Of a stretch of 32,000 nucleotides of DNA, positions 24,699-32,000 are shown piece by piece (position 1 is the stretch's first letter; every line of letters starts with the position of its first letter). This DNA is from Candidatus Saccharimonadota bacterium. GTDB lineage: Bacteria; Patescibacteriota; Gracilibacteria; UBA1369; 2-02-FULL-48-14. The stretch covers positions 30,001-62,000 of the forward strand of contig CP064962.1 of the NCBI GenBank assembly GCA_016699145.1, written 5' to 3'. A model generated the notes under the pieces. The model did no database searches. It was given only the letters and a program-made list of their open reading frames with translations, and had not been told where the DNA came from. Both the position numbers and the translations under genes were made by a program.

Positions 24699-24918
24699 TT
24701 GACACTGCGGTACTAGCACTTCATAAGGAGTAAAACCAGCGAAGGCTCCGCATGCACGTCCAAACCAGCCTTGCGGATCACAAGGCTTTGTCATGCAACT
24801 GATGGCTGGCCACTCGGGTCTAGTACCCTTGGGACTGTCTCATTTTACCTATTCTTGCCGTGAGACACAATTGTGGCGTTTCAGGCTAAATGAGACATTT
24901 GAGACAGTATAAAAAGGG
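24699..24918 (+). repeat. mosaic repeat family, tandem copies E1 (degenerate L plus M2) and E2 (complete type-1 unit)
   Basis: E1 is TTGACACTGCGGTACTAG, then CACT, then M2 (24721-24776). E2 runs from 24783: AGGCTTTGTCATGCAACTGATGGCTGGCCACTCGGGTCTAGTACCCTTGGGACTGTCTCA...GAGACACAATTGTGGCGTTTCAGGCTAAATGAGACATTTGAGACAGTATAAAAAGGG. Confidence 0.85.
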
Positions 24919-24937
24919 CGACTCAAATTTGTTTTAT

Positions 24938-24980
24938 TTGACAGTTCATAGTATAACCACTAACCTAGGTAGTAGGTTAT
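24938..24980 (+). promoter_or_regulatory. candidate csoR-copA promoter with an overlapping palindromic operator
   Basis: TTGACA (24938-43), 17-nt spacer, TAACCT (24961-66). The imperfect palindrome ATAACCACTAACCTAGGTAGTAGGTTAT (24953-24980) has outer ATAACC/GGTTAT arms and an inner ACCTAGGT. Confidence 0.4.
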
Positions 24981-24996
24981 TTAACAAATCTTATTT

Positions 24997-25272
24997 ATGA
25001 TGGACCCCTACAAAACCAAAGCAGAGCTTGGTACTAAGAAAGCTCTTGGTCAGCTCAAGAAAGTCCTTGAAATGATTGAACAGGAAGCCTACTGCATGGA
25101 TATTTTGCAGCAAGTGAGTGCCGTGGAGGGACTACTCGCCTCCGTCTCTTCCCTCGCCTTAGACAGTCACCTCCACACCTGCGGAAAGCGAGCCTTCTCT
25201 AGTTCAAATGAAAAAGAACAGGAGAAAATCATTCAAGAACTCCTTTTAGCATTTAAGAAATCAAAAAAGTAA
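24997..25272 (+). CDS. csoR: CsoR/RcnR-family metal-sensing transcriptional repressor
   Basis: The small four-helix protein carries the C-H-C ligand pattern (..[10 protein letters not shown]....H.HTC..). It lies directly upstream of copA. Confidence 0.85.
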   Translation: MMDPYKTKAELGTKKALGQLKKVLEMIEQEAYCMDILQQVSAVEGLLASVSSLALDSHLHTCGKRAFSSSNEKEQEKIIQELLLAFKKSKK

Positions 25273-25273
25273 T

Positions 25274-27535
25274 ATGACTCATCAAACCTACAAGATTAAA
25301 GGCATGCACTGCGCCTCCTGCGCTGGAATCATTGAGCGAACCTTTAAGAAAACGGAGGGAGTTAGCTCCGCTGAAGTGAATTATGGCACGGAAACCGCAA
25401 AGGTAGCCTTTGACGAACATAAAGTGCATGCAACCGACCTTTCCAAGAAGATCGAACCCTTGGGCTACTCTTTAGTTCTAGAAGACCATTCTAAACATAC
25501 AGGGATCGGACAATCGAAAGACGACAAACTGAAGGAACTATCCGAACTAAAGAACAAGGTCATTTCAGCCATCCCTCTGGCTGCTTTCAGCATTGTGCTC
25601 ATGACTTGGGAAATCCTTATCCAGTTTGAAGTGCTTCCAGCTATGCCCGAAATTTGGGGGGAATTCTTCCATCATCTTTTGCCCTTGATGGCGACCTACG
25701 TTCTATTTGTGGTCGGTAAACCGTACTTACTGGGCTTCTACCGCTTCCTCCGCTACGGGAAAGCCAATATGGACACTCTGATTGGAATCGGAACTGTGGC
25801 TGCGTACCTCTACAGCTTCATCATAGCCGCCTTCGAGGAACCTCTCTCCGCGTACATCAACACCGAGCATAGCTACTACGACGTGACCATCGTTGTGATT
25901 ACTTTTATTACTCTCGGTAAGTACATGGAGGCACGCTCAAAACTGAAAACGGGAGATGCCATTGAACAACTTCTGAATCTTCAGGCTAAAACAGCCCTTG
26001 TGCTCCGTGACGGCAAAGAAGTCGAGCTGCCCATCGACCAAGTGCTTCATGGGGATCTGATTATTGTGAAGCCTGCAGGTAAAATTCCCGTGGATGGCGA
26101 GCTAACCGAAGGCTCTTCCTACATTGACGAATCGATGGTCACAGGAGAACCCATGCCCGTGCATAAGACCATCGGCGATAAGGTAGTAGGAGGAACCATG
26201 AACACCAGCGGGTCTTTCACTTTCAAGGCAAGCAAAGTGGGAGCTGAAACCATGCTCGCGCACATCATCAAGATGGTGGAAGAGGCTCAAGGCAGCAAAG
26301 CGCCTATTCAAGCCTTAGCAGATAAAATATCCAGCGTCTTTGTACCCGTGGTACTTGTTTTTGCTTTCGTTGCCCTTGCAGCTTGGCTCATTATTGGAAC
26401 GCAGTATCTTGGCTTCTCACAAGCCCTCTCCTACGGGCTGGTTTCTTTTGTAAGCATCCTCGTCATTGCGTGTCCTTGTGCGCTTGGACTGGCAACCCCA
26501 ACCGCTATCATTGTGGGGGTGGGGAAAGGAGCCAAGGAAGGAATTTTAATCAAAGACGCAGCCACCCTTGAAAAGCTCCATAAGGTGAATACGGTGGTGG
26601 TGGACAAAACAGGGACCATCACCAAAGGCAAACCTGAACTCATTTCAATCCTCAACTTTTCCAAGAAAAGCGATAACGACCTCCTCACGATTCTTGCTTC
26701 ACTCGAAAAGAAATCGGAGCACCCCATTGCGCATGCTCTTTTGAGTGCTGCGACCGAGAAACACCTGACTATGCACACGGTCTCGGACTTTGAAGGGATC
26801 AAAGGGAAAGGTCTCAAAGCGTCGATTGACGGCACGGTTTACTACGCAGGAAACGAAAAGCTGATCCACGATCTAAAACTTTCTTTTGACCTCCATGTGA
26901 TTGAGAAAGAAACCGCAGAAGGCAAAACACCCATCGTTCTTGCAAGCAAAGAGGAAGTCCTTGGAATAGCTCTTGTTGCCGATGCTATTAAACCAGAAGC
27001 GAAGAAGGCAGTAGCCCAGCTCCACAAGATGGGACTTGAAGTGGTCATGCTGACGGGGGACAATAAAAACACTGCCAACTTTATAGCCAAGGAAGCGGGA
27101 ATCGACACCGTGGTCGCTGAAGTGCTTCCCGAAGATAAGCTCAACACCATTAAGAAACTCCAAGCAGAAGGAAAAATTGTAGCTATGGCGGGAGACGGTG
27201 TGAATGACGCGCCAGCCCTCGCTCAAGCGGACGTGGGTGTTGCGATGGCAACGGGTACAGACGTAGCGATTGAGTCGGCTGGAATCACCCTCCTTCATGG
27301 AGACATTTCCAAACTGGTGAAAGCCATCCACCTCTCAAAGATGACCATGCGAGGAATCAAGCAAAACCTCTTCTGGGCTTTCTTTTATAACATCATAGGC
27401 ATCCCCTTAGCGGCTGGAGCCTTCTACCCCATCTTCCAGTGGCTTCTAAGCCCCGTGTTCGCAGGACTCGCTATGGCGTTCTCCAGTGTGTCTGTAGTGG
27501 GAAATTCACTACGACTTAAGGCTAAAAAGTTATAA
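25274..27535 (+). CDS. copA: copper-translocating P1B-type ATPase
   Basis: N-terminal HMA domain [19 protein letters not shown] ([12 protein letters not shown]), DKTGTIT, the HP motif (SEHPIA) and [10 protein letters not shown]. Confidence 0.95.
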   Translation: MTHQTYKIKGMHCASCAGIIERTFKKTEGVSSAEVNYGTETAKVAFDEHKVHATDLSKKIEPLGYSLVLEDHSKHTGIGQSKDDKLKELSELKNKVISAIPLAAFSIVLMTWEILIQFEVLPAMPEIWGEFFHHLLPLMATYVLFVVGKPYLLGFYRFLRYGKANMDTLIGIGTVAAYLYSFIIAAFEEPLSAYINTEHSYYDVTIVVITFITLGKYMEARSKLKTGDAIEQLLNLQAKTALVLRDGKEVELPIDQVLHGDLIIVKPAGKIPVDGELTEGSSYIDESMVTGEPMPVHKTIGDKVVGGTMNTSGSFTFKASKVGAETMLAHIIKMVEEAQGSKAPIQALADKISSVFVPVVLVFAFVALAAWLIIGTQYLGFSQALSYGLVSFVSILVIACPCALGLATPTAIIVGVGKGAKEGILIKDAATLEKLHKVNTVVVDKTGTITKGKPELISILNFSKKSDNDLLTILASLEKKSEHPIAHALLSAATEKHLTMHTVSDFEGIKGKGLKASIDGTVYYAGNEKLIHDLKLSFDLHVIEKETAEGKTPIVLASKEEVLGIALVADAIKPEAKKAVAQLHKMGLEVVMLTGDNKNTANFIAKEAGIDTVVAEVLPEDKLNTIKKLQAEGKIVAMAGDGVNDAPALAQADVGVAMATGTDVAIESAGITLLHGDISKLVKAIHLSKMTMRGIKQNLFWAFFYNIIGIPLAAGAFYPIFQWLLSPVFAGLAMAFSSVSVVGNSLRLKAKKL

Positions 27536-27544
27536 CAACTTCCT

Positions 27545-28135
27545 ATGATAATGAATCGAATTGAGTTCTGGCTCATGAACAACCCCATCCGCGCGCTCAT
27601 TCAAAGATATGAAGCAAGCCGCATGCGCCATATGACCGACTTCAAGGGTGGAGAAGTCCTCGAAATAGGATGCGGGCAAGGAGTGGGGACATTATTGATC
27701 GTCCGACTCTTTAAGCCTCGGAAAATCACTGCCCTTGATCTTGATCCAAAAATGGTTGAAAGAGCGAAGCGAAAAGTTCGGCTTTCACACATTCACTTTG
27801 AACAAGGGGACGCCTCTGCCCTAAGGTTCAAGGAAGAGGAGTTCGATGCAGTATTTGACTTCGGAATACTCCACCACATCCCTAACTGGGAAGATGCGCT
27901 AAAGGAAGTCCATCGGGTACTAAAGCCAAAGGGACTGTTCATTTTGGAAGATTTATCGATAGAAAGTTTCAAACTGCCACTCTTAGGATGGGTTTTAAGG
28001 GTTCTACTGGATCATCCCTATAAGCAGATGTACAAACGAGAAGAGCTTTTGGATTTTACGAAGAAAAATGGCTTTAAGATTGTAGCAAAAAGAATGAATC
28101 CATTTTGGTTCAACCTTATTTTAGAGAAGGAATGA
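27545..28135 (+). CDS. class I SAM-dependent methyltransferase
   Basis: Motif I VLEIGCGQGVG, an acidic loop LDLD, then FDAVFDFGILHHI and LKPKGLFILED. Confidence 0.85.
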   Translation: MIMNRIEFWLMNNPIRALIQRYEASRMRHMTDFKGGEVLEIGCGQGVGTLLIVRLFKPRKITALDLDPKMVERAKRKVRLSHIHFEQGDASALRFKEEEFDAVFDFGILHHIPNWEDALKEVHRVLKPKGLFILEDLSIESFKLPLLGWVLRVLLDHPYKQMYKREELLDFTKKNGFKIVAKRMNPFWFNLILEKE

Positions 28136-28191
28136 CATTTGAGAGACTCTTATTTCTAGTAATTAGATGCCAAATTGGCTAATCTACTTCC

Positions 28192-28500
28192 ATGAGAAAT
28201 TTTAGAGTTTTTCTTGTCGCCTTTCTCTTCCTCCAGATTTTCTGCCTGATGCAGTTCAGCGTGACAATGAACCATGCTAGAGACATGGGGGACCACTGCC
28301 CTGTAGAACACTGCTTGGCTCACAGTGGCGAAGACAGTCCAGCACTCAATACTTTCAATCCGCCCGATCCTGTTGATAAAGCTACTTCTTTCGACGACGG
28401 TGACTACTTAACCTACGCTGAACCCAAACTTTTAATTAAAAACCCTAGAGAACTCTCTAGTTTTTTGCTTCAGACTCAAAACATCGTTTTAAGGTTATAG
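28192..28500 (+). CDS. hypothetical exported protein with a His/Cys cluster
   Basis: N-terminal hydrophobic signal-like segment. HARDMGDHCPVEHCLAH is a possible metal site. No family recognised. Confidence 0.5.
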   Translation: MRNFRVFLVAFLFLQIFCLMQFSVTMNHARDMGDHCPVEHCLAHSGEDSPALNTFNPPDPVDKATSFDDGDYLTYAEPKLLIKNPRELSSFLLQTQNIVLRL

Positions 28501-28530
28501 AAAGTCAAACCAGCTTTCTTATTCCTTAAA

Positions 28531-28965
28531 ATGTCTGTTATGAAGCATTTTCTAACTGCCAAAACTTTCCTCTACATAGCTTGGATTCAATCCTTGCTCG
28601 CCCTTGTAGGAAGCCTCTACTTTAGTGAAGTCATGGATTTGCCACCCTGTGTACTTTGTTGGTATCAACGCATCCTCATGTATCCGCTCGCACTCATTTT
28701 TGCCATTGGCATGCTAAGAAAAGATCAGGGCTTGCACCTTTATGTCCTCCCATTCTCGATCTTGGGCTTTGCCGTCGCCGTTTACCATAACCTTCTGTAT
28801 TGGCAAATCCTCCCTGAAAGTGTTGCGCCTTGTGAGGCAGGCATTTCCTGCACCACCAAATTCTTTGAATGGTTTGGCTTCATTACTATTCCATTCATGT
28901 CCCTAACCGCATTCACCGTCATAACGGTTTGCATGCTTTTATTCAGAAAATTTAACCATAAATAA
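28531..28965 (+). CDS. bdbC: disulfide bond formation protein, BdbC/DsbB family
   Basis: GSLYFSEVMDLPPCVLCWYQRILMYPL...C..G.SC......WFGFITIPFMSL closely follows the Bacillus BdbC pattern. Confidence 0.85.
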   Translation: MSVMKHFLTAKTFLYIAWIQSLLALVGSLYFSEVMDLPPCVLCWYQRILMYPLALIFAIGMLRKDQGLHLYVLPFSILGFAVAVYHNLLYWQILPESVAPCEAGISCTTKFFEWFGFITIPFMSLTAFTVITVCMLLFRKFNHK

Positions 28966-28966
28966 T

Positions 28967-29623
28967 ATGTCAGAAGACTCAAAAGTCATTACAGGAATCT
29001 TAGCCTTCACAGCACTCATAGTGATCGGCATGTTTTTATTCACCTCAAACACGGCCTCCAACTCTGTAGAGGAAGTCGCCAGTACTCCTCCAGCCGATAC
29101 TACTCTCTTAATCCGTGAAGACAGCCAGAAGATCGAAGCCAGTGATGATCGAATAACCATTGTAGAATTTGCTGACTTGGAATGTGAGGCATGTAAAATT
29201 GCCCATCCCATCTTGAAACAAATTCTTGATGAGTATGAAGGTCAGGTGAACTTTGTGTTCCGTAACTTTCCCTTTCACAACAACTCTGTGCTAGCAGCAA
29301 AATCGGCTGAAGCAGCGGGAGAGCAAGGGAAGTTCTGGGAGATGCATGACCTTCTCTTTGAAAACCAGATGGAATGGGGCGAAAAAACCACTCCTCAAAC
29401 CGAACTTTTCATCTCCTATGCTGAAGAACTCGGTTTAGACATTGAAGCCTTTACAGCAGTTATAAACAGCACCAAATACGAAGACAAGATTCTAAGGGAC
29501 CAAGCCGATGGAAAAGCCTTGGGAGTGAACAGCACTCCCACCATTTTCTTCAACGGGCAAAAGCTCGATGGCATCCCAAGTGTTGAAGAACTCGAGGCTT
29601 TAATCGAAGCTGAACTCAAATAA
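28967..29623 (+). CDS. bdbD: DsbA/BdbD-like thiol:disulfide oxidoreductase, membrane-anchored
   Basis: TM anchor; ITIVEFADLECEACKIAHP (CxxC); C-terminal GVNSTPTIFFNGQK. It starts 1 nt after the bdbC stop. It is a paralogue of 943..1644. Confidence 0.85.
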   Translation: MSEDSKVITGILAFTALIVIGMFLFTSNTASNSVEEVASTPPADTTLLIREDSQKIEASDDRITIVEFADLECEACKIAHPILKQILDEYEGQVNFVFRNFPFHNNSVLAAKSAEAAGEQGKFWEMHDLLFENQMEWGEKTTPQTELFISYAEELGLDIEAFTAVINSTKYEDKILRDQADGKALGVNSTPTIFFNGQKLDGIPSVEELEALIEAELK

Positions 29624-29624
29624 C

Positions 29625-30096
29625 ATGCGAGGCATATTTTCTTTTTACAAGAAGCCCTCTGTTGTTTTTCTGACCTTAGCTTTGGGTGTTTTGCTTTCCT
29701 CTCTCTATGCGTACTTTCTTGACACACTTCCAGGCAGTGATCCGAATGGTCTCGCATGCATGGAGGGAGGAAACCTTACGCCTTTCAACTTAATATACGG
29801 GGCCATTCTAAGTTTCCTCGTGAGTGTCTTCGTGGTTGTTTCCCTCTTTTCCTACAAACGAAAAAGAAAAGGAAGCCTCTTGAGTGGTTCTGCCTTCAGT
29901 CTTTCTGCAATGCTCGCATTTTTGAGTGCATTCTGTACCCTTTGCGTATTTCCAAGCCTCGCTTTTTTTGGGGCTTGGGGTCAGTTTGAGCTTTCTTACA
30001 TCGTACGGAGGCGTACTGAAGATATTAAGCATTCTTTTTATTCTAGCTGCCCTTTATTTGATGGATCGAAGACTCCGTATCGCTTGCGACTGTTAA
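29625..30096 (+). CDS. membrane protein with an intramembrane CxxC and a C-terminal CDC, needing a frame correction at T7 (29963-29969)
   Basis: Frame 0 gives hydrophobic sequence up to ...SAFCTLCVFPSLAF. The track ORF then runs 150 nt antisense into uppP as polar junk. Frame +1 gives LGLGVSLSFLTSYGGVLKILSILFILAALYLMDRRLRIACDC*, ending at 30096. Confidence 0.5.
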
Positions 30097-30869
30097 AACC
30101 CAAGGTAGAGGAGCACAAAGAAAAGACACGCTATGCCTATCCTATAGAACCCAAAGGCACTGAAGGTTTGCTTCCGCAGCGTAGCGAGCAGGAACTTGAT
30201 GCTCACGAGTGCCATGAGGAAGGAAGTGAAGAACCCCACGCTTAGCAGCGCGATTTGGTCGGATGTGAAACTTTGAGCGTTTTTATAAAGATCCAAGGTG
30301 GTGGCTGCAAGCATTGTGGGCACGGCTAACAGGAAGGAAAATTCAACGATGGTTTTCTTTTGTAGACCAAGGAGTAAACCACCTACGATGGTAGCGGCTG
30401 ATCGAGAAACTCCTGGGATCATGGCTACCGACTGGAAAAGACCTAGGAGGATGCAAGTTTTGTAGGGAATCGAAGATAGTTCTTGGGTTTCTGTACTTTT
30501 CTCCCTATGAGTTCTCTCAAAGATGATCAAAAGTAGTCCTCCAACGAGCAGTGCCCACAGCATTACGTTGAAGTCCTCGAGAAGATACTGCTTGACCAGT
30601 TTATAAAATAGCAAGCCTAAGATTCCTGTAGGCAGAAAAGCCAACAGTAGGCGGTTGATAACCTCCCACTTGAGAAGGCTCTGCCAGTAGAGAAAGACCA
30701 CCGCTAAGATAGCTCCTAATTGAATGATGATCTCAAAACTTTTCAAATACTCACTTTGATCGAGTCCGAGCAATTTGCCCGTAAGAGCGAGATGCGCGGT
30801 TGAAGATATGGGAAGAAACTCTGTAAAGCCTTCAACCAATCCTAAAATGAGTGCGTGCAGTAAATTCAT
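30093..30869 (-). CDS. uppP: undecaprenyl-diphosphate phosphatase
   Basis: MNLLHALILGLVEGFTEFLPISSTAHL... and ...PGVSRSAATI.GGL are canonical UppP/BacA motifs. Confidence 0.9.
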   Translation of the reverse strand: MNLLHALILGLVEGFTEFLPISSTAHLALTGKLLGLDQSEYLKSFEIIIQLGAILAVVFLYWQSLLKWEVINRLLLAFLPTGILGLLFYKLVKQYLLEDFNVMLWALLVGGLLLIIFERTHREKSTETQELSSIPYKTCILLGLFQSVAMIPGVSRSAATIVGGLLLGLQKKTIVEFSFLLAVPTMLAATTLDLYKNAQSFTSDQIALLSVGFFTSFLMALVSIKFLLATLRKQTFSAFGFYRIGIACLFFVLLYLGF

Positions 30870-30872
30870 AGT

Positions 30873-31481
30873 TTAGCAGTCACACATTTTTTCTTCCTTC
30901 AGCGTGGTATACCCCTCCTTGAAGGTCAGACCGGTGAAGAAAATGCCTGCAAAAGCATCTGCCCACCATAGCTCAAAGAAGTAATTCAGTCCCAGACCCA
31001 CAAAAAGTGCAACGGACATCATGGTACAGATGAAGGTCTGCTGTGAATCTGCAACAAGACTTTTACTGTTGAGTAGCTTTCCAACCTTTCGTTTGGAGTG
31101 GGCTAGCCACGGCATGATGATCAAAGACAAAACCGCAATTACAATTCCAACCGCACTCGGCTCTGGACCCTCCCCAAGGTAAAGGTCTCTCAAAGATTCA
31201 AAGAGGATATAAGCCCCCAAAAGGAAGAAGCTGTACCCAACGAGCTTTGCTGCCTTCTTCTCGATCTTCTCTTCCTCTACTTCACTCACCGTCCGCTGGG
31301 TAAATCTCCAAATCATGACACTGCCTGAAAGAGATTCAATGAAGCTGTCTGCACCAAAGCCTATCAAGGCAATGCTTCCCGTCCCGATGCCCAAGGCAAT
31401 AGAAATAATACCCTCCACGACGTTATAAATGACCGTGAAGTACGAAAGGAACCGAGCTTTTCTTTGCAAAAGGTGTTTCAT
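30873..31481 (-). CDS. cation-efflux-like membrane protein (transmembrane domain only) with a C-terminal CDC
   Basis: Six hydrophobic helices. The first two helices carry ..NVVEG..SI..G..TGSIALIGFGADSFIES.., which resembles the CDF metal-site region. It ends ...EEKMCDC*. Confidence 0.55.
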   Translation of the reverse strand: MKHLLQRKARFLSYFTVIYNVVEGIISIALGIGTGSIALIGFGADSFIESLSGSVMIWRFTQRTVSEVEEEKIEKKAAKLVGYSFFLLGAYILFESLRDLYLGEGPEPSAVGIVIAVLSLIIMPWLAHSKRKVGKLLNSKSLVADSQQTFICTMMSVALFVGLGLNYFFELWWADAFAGIFFTGLTFKEGYTTLKEEKMCDC

Positions 31482-31482
31482 A

Positions 31483-32000
31483 TCAACATTTTTCTAGGTT
31501 ACATTCTTCCTTGCCCCTTTCAAGCTCCAGCGTGGCATGAGGGATGCCATAAGATTGGAGGAGTAATTGTTTGGCGTCGCACTTAACTTCAAACACACGC
31601 TCTTCAGAAAGAGCATTTTCCACTATGAGATGGCTGGTTAGAACGCTTTCCTCTCCATCCAAAGACCATACATGAGAATCGTGTACAGTCAAAACACCCT
31701 TAATACCGAGCAGACTCTTTTCAATCTCTTTGATTTTCAGGTTATCTGGCACTCCTTGCAGGAAAACTTTTACCACGCTTTTGAGGTTCTTTAAAACTTT
31801 AGAAAGGACAAACAACGTGATTAAAATGGAAAGAATTGGATCAAGAATGTGGGTGTCTTGAATGCTCATAACGATGCTAGTCACCAACACCGCTACCCAG
31901 CCCAAAACATCCTCCATCATATGCCATGTAAGAACCTTTTCGGTGAGTCCCTTACCTGACCTTAATCGAAGAGCAGTGAGACCATTGAGCAGTATTCCAA
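31483..32000 (-). CDS. cation diffusion facilitator (CzcD/ZitB-like), 5' end outside the window
   Basis: The reading frame stays open to the window edge (..GILLNGLTALRLRSGKGLTEKVLTWHMMEDVLGWVAVLV..), corresponding to the CDF TM5 H-x3-D region. The C-terminal cytoplasmic domain contains ..VHDSHVWSL.... Confidence 0.8.
   Translation of the reverse strand, partial: GILLNGLTALRLRSGKGLTEKVLTWHMMEDVLGWVAVLVTSIVMSIQDTHILDPILSILITLFVLSKVLKNLKSVVKVFLQGVPDNLKIKEIEKSLLGIKGVLTVHDSHVWSLDGEESVLTSHLIVENALSEERVFEVKCDAKQLLLQSYGIPHATLELERGKEECNLEKC

Noticed and set aside
12365-24918. Interpreting the interspersed repeats as a CRISPR array
   Set aside because: The units are 110-220 bp and mosaic. The intervening 'spacers' are 0.6-2.5 kb and contain ordinary genes. 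No cas genes are present.
26102-27331. Minus-strand ORFs inside copA (26102..26311, 26431..26835, 26842..27150, 26873..27331) and similar antisense ORFs inside other confident genes (for example 56..265, 1012..1380, 2840..3175, 3292..3627, 12455..12787, 14342..14707)
   Set aside because: All lie fully within strongly supported genes on the opposite strand and show no family features. They are typical shadow ORFs.
29756-30245. ORF 29756..29989 and the 3' 150 nt of ORF 29625..30245 as real coding sequence
   Set aside because: Both give polar, Arg/Lys-rich sequence. The latter runs antisense through the uppP C-terminus. The third frame gives a coherent hydrophobic C-terminus that ends neatly at the uppP stop.
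1-32000. Search for recognisable defence or retroelement systems (restriction-modification, toxin-antitoxin, retron, DGR, Cas, abortive infection)
   Set aside because: No reverse transcriptase, nuclease/ATPase pairs, or short adjacent toxin-antitoxin-like gene pairs were identifiable by eye. The lone methyltransferase (27545..28135) looks like a small-molecule or protein class I enzyme and lacks DNA-MTase motifs (no DPPY/NPPY or PC-ENV).

Overview
The window uses the standard genetic code, is roughly mid-40s % GC by eye, and comes from a bacterium I cannot assign to a taxon. Start codons almost never have a Shine-Dalgarno sequence upstream. It splits into three parts. (1) 1-7 kb is a housekeeping block: yqeY-like gene, tRNA-Leu(CAA), DsbA-like protein, obg, pth, rplU, DEAD-box helicase and a secreted FG-GAP propeller protein. 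(2) 7-12.3 kb holds genes with no recognisable family (ORFans) and small DUF genes, including a ~700-aa ORFan with A/T-rich third codon positions and an acidic, proline-rich ORFan. (3) 12.3-32 kb is an accessory and metal-homeostasis region. The most interesting signal is in part 3. One mosaic repeat family of about 110-220 bp occurs at least ten times between 12.3 and 24.9 kb, always on the + strand. It is built around a ...GGCCACTCGGGT-CTAG-TACCC... core and an array of TGAGACA heptamers. The copies cut the region into blocks of 1-3 genes with unrelated functions: TspO, SOUL, FAD oxidoreductase plus Ca2+ antiporter, CBS plus ArsB/NhaD, MntP, SSS symporter, GNAT, and CsoR-CopA. Block junctions carry gene wreckage: an IS30 transposase relic, a duplicated 5' gene fragment and a truncated PLP decarboxylase. 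An intact IS5-family element sits in the CTAG of one copy. mntP is flanked by exact 14-bp direct repeats of the core. This resembles a site-specific cassette array, but the repeats do not look like integron attC sites and no recombinase lies in the window. Three accessory genes carry single-base homopolymer frameshifts. No CRISPR array, reverse transcriptase or recognisable defence gene was seen.
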